Assembly (NCBI RefSeq): GCF_032062105.1
Contig: NW_026931975.1
Coordinates: 310,001 to 374,000, forward strand
DNA from: Saccostrea cucullata
Taxonomy: Eukaryota
DNA: 64,000 nt
Direction of reading: 5' to 3'
Of this stretch, positions 63,636 through 64,000 are shown piece after piece. The notes beneath the pieces were generated by a model. It worked only from the letters and a program-made list of their open reading frames with translations. It searched no databases and had not been told where the DNA came from. A program made the translations under genes and the position numbers. How positions within the stretch are numbered: position 1 is the stretch's first letter; each line of letters opens with the position of its first letter.

Positions 63636-64000
63636 CTGAAATAAGGTACATCGTAAGATGAACATGTAAATACAATGTCTTTTTTTTGTTTTAAGATCTA
63701 TATAAAATGTTTTTGACTTTGTAAGACTGCATCCTATAGATAATGCTTCATAACTTTCATCCATAGCTCATGACAATCCTTCAAAAAAAAATTTTATGAT
63801 TTTAGATTAGGTATTTAAATAATTTTTGTCACACACATAATATTTTGTGTTTGATGTATACAGGTACATGCATCTATGAGTGGGATGCATGAATCAGATC
63901 GATTTATTTCATTTCTATGTTGTTACTTCACAAAACACACTAAATATCTTCCACTGTGTAAATAAAACATGCATGCTTATAGTGAAGAAACATTATACAG

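Overview
AT-rich, intron-rich animal genomic DNA, most likely an oyster (Ostreidae), judged from the ~166-bp Cg170/HindIII-type satellite units inside Helentron-associated elements (HINEs). Four spliced genes were rebuilt by hand from GT-AG boundaries and exon phases. (1) IFT81 (minus, CDS 3609-14677), with a candidate 6-nt micro-exon and one homopolymer frameshift. (2) SPCS2 (plus, 16301-21745), head-to-head with IFT81 and carrying a U12-type intron. (3) An unrecognised 6-exon gene (plus, 24449-37091) encoding a ~342-aa protein with a signal peptide, an RGD-C motif and a very basic tail. (4) The 3' three-quarters of an RB1 ortholog (minus, 41759 to beyond the window end). Introns hold an intact Tigger/pogo transposon, many MITEs and about eleven HINEs. 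The most notable pattern is that different HINE families each carry a tandem array of a different transcription-factor motif. One has 7 RFX X-boxes inside the ciliary gene IFT81, one has 6 perfect estrogen-response elements inside RB1, and one has NF-kB-type sites inside the unknown gene. All 9 intronic HINEs share one orientation relative to host transcription. Several minisatellites are built from duplicated splice junctions, and RB1 has a candidate alternative exon that could remove the T373-equivalent CDK site. Homology calls come from recalled sequences, not database searches.
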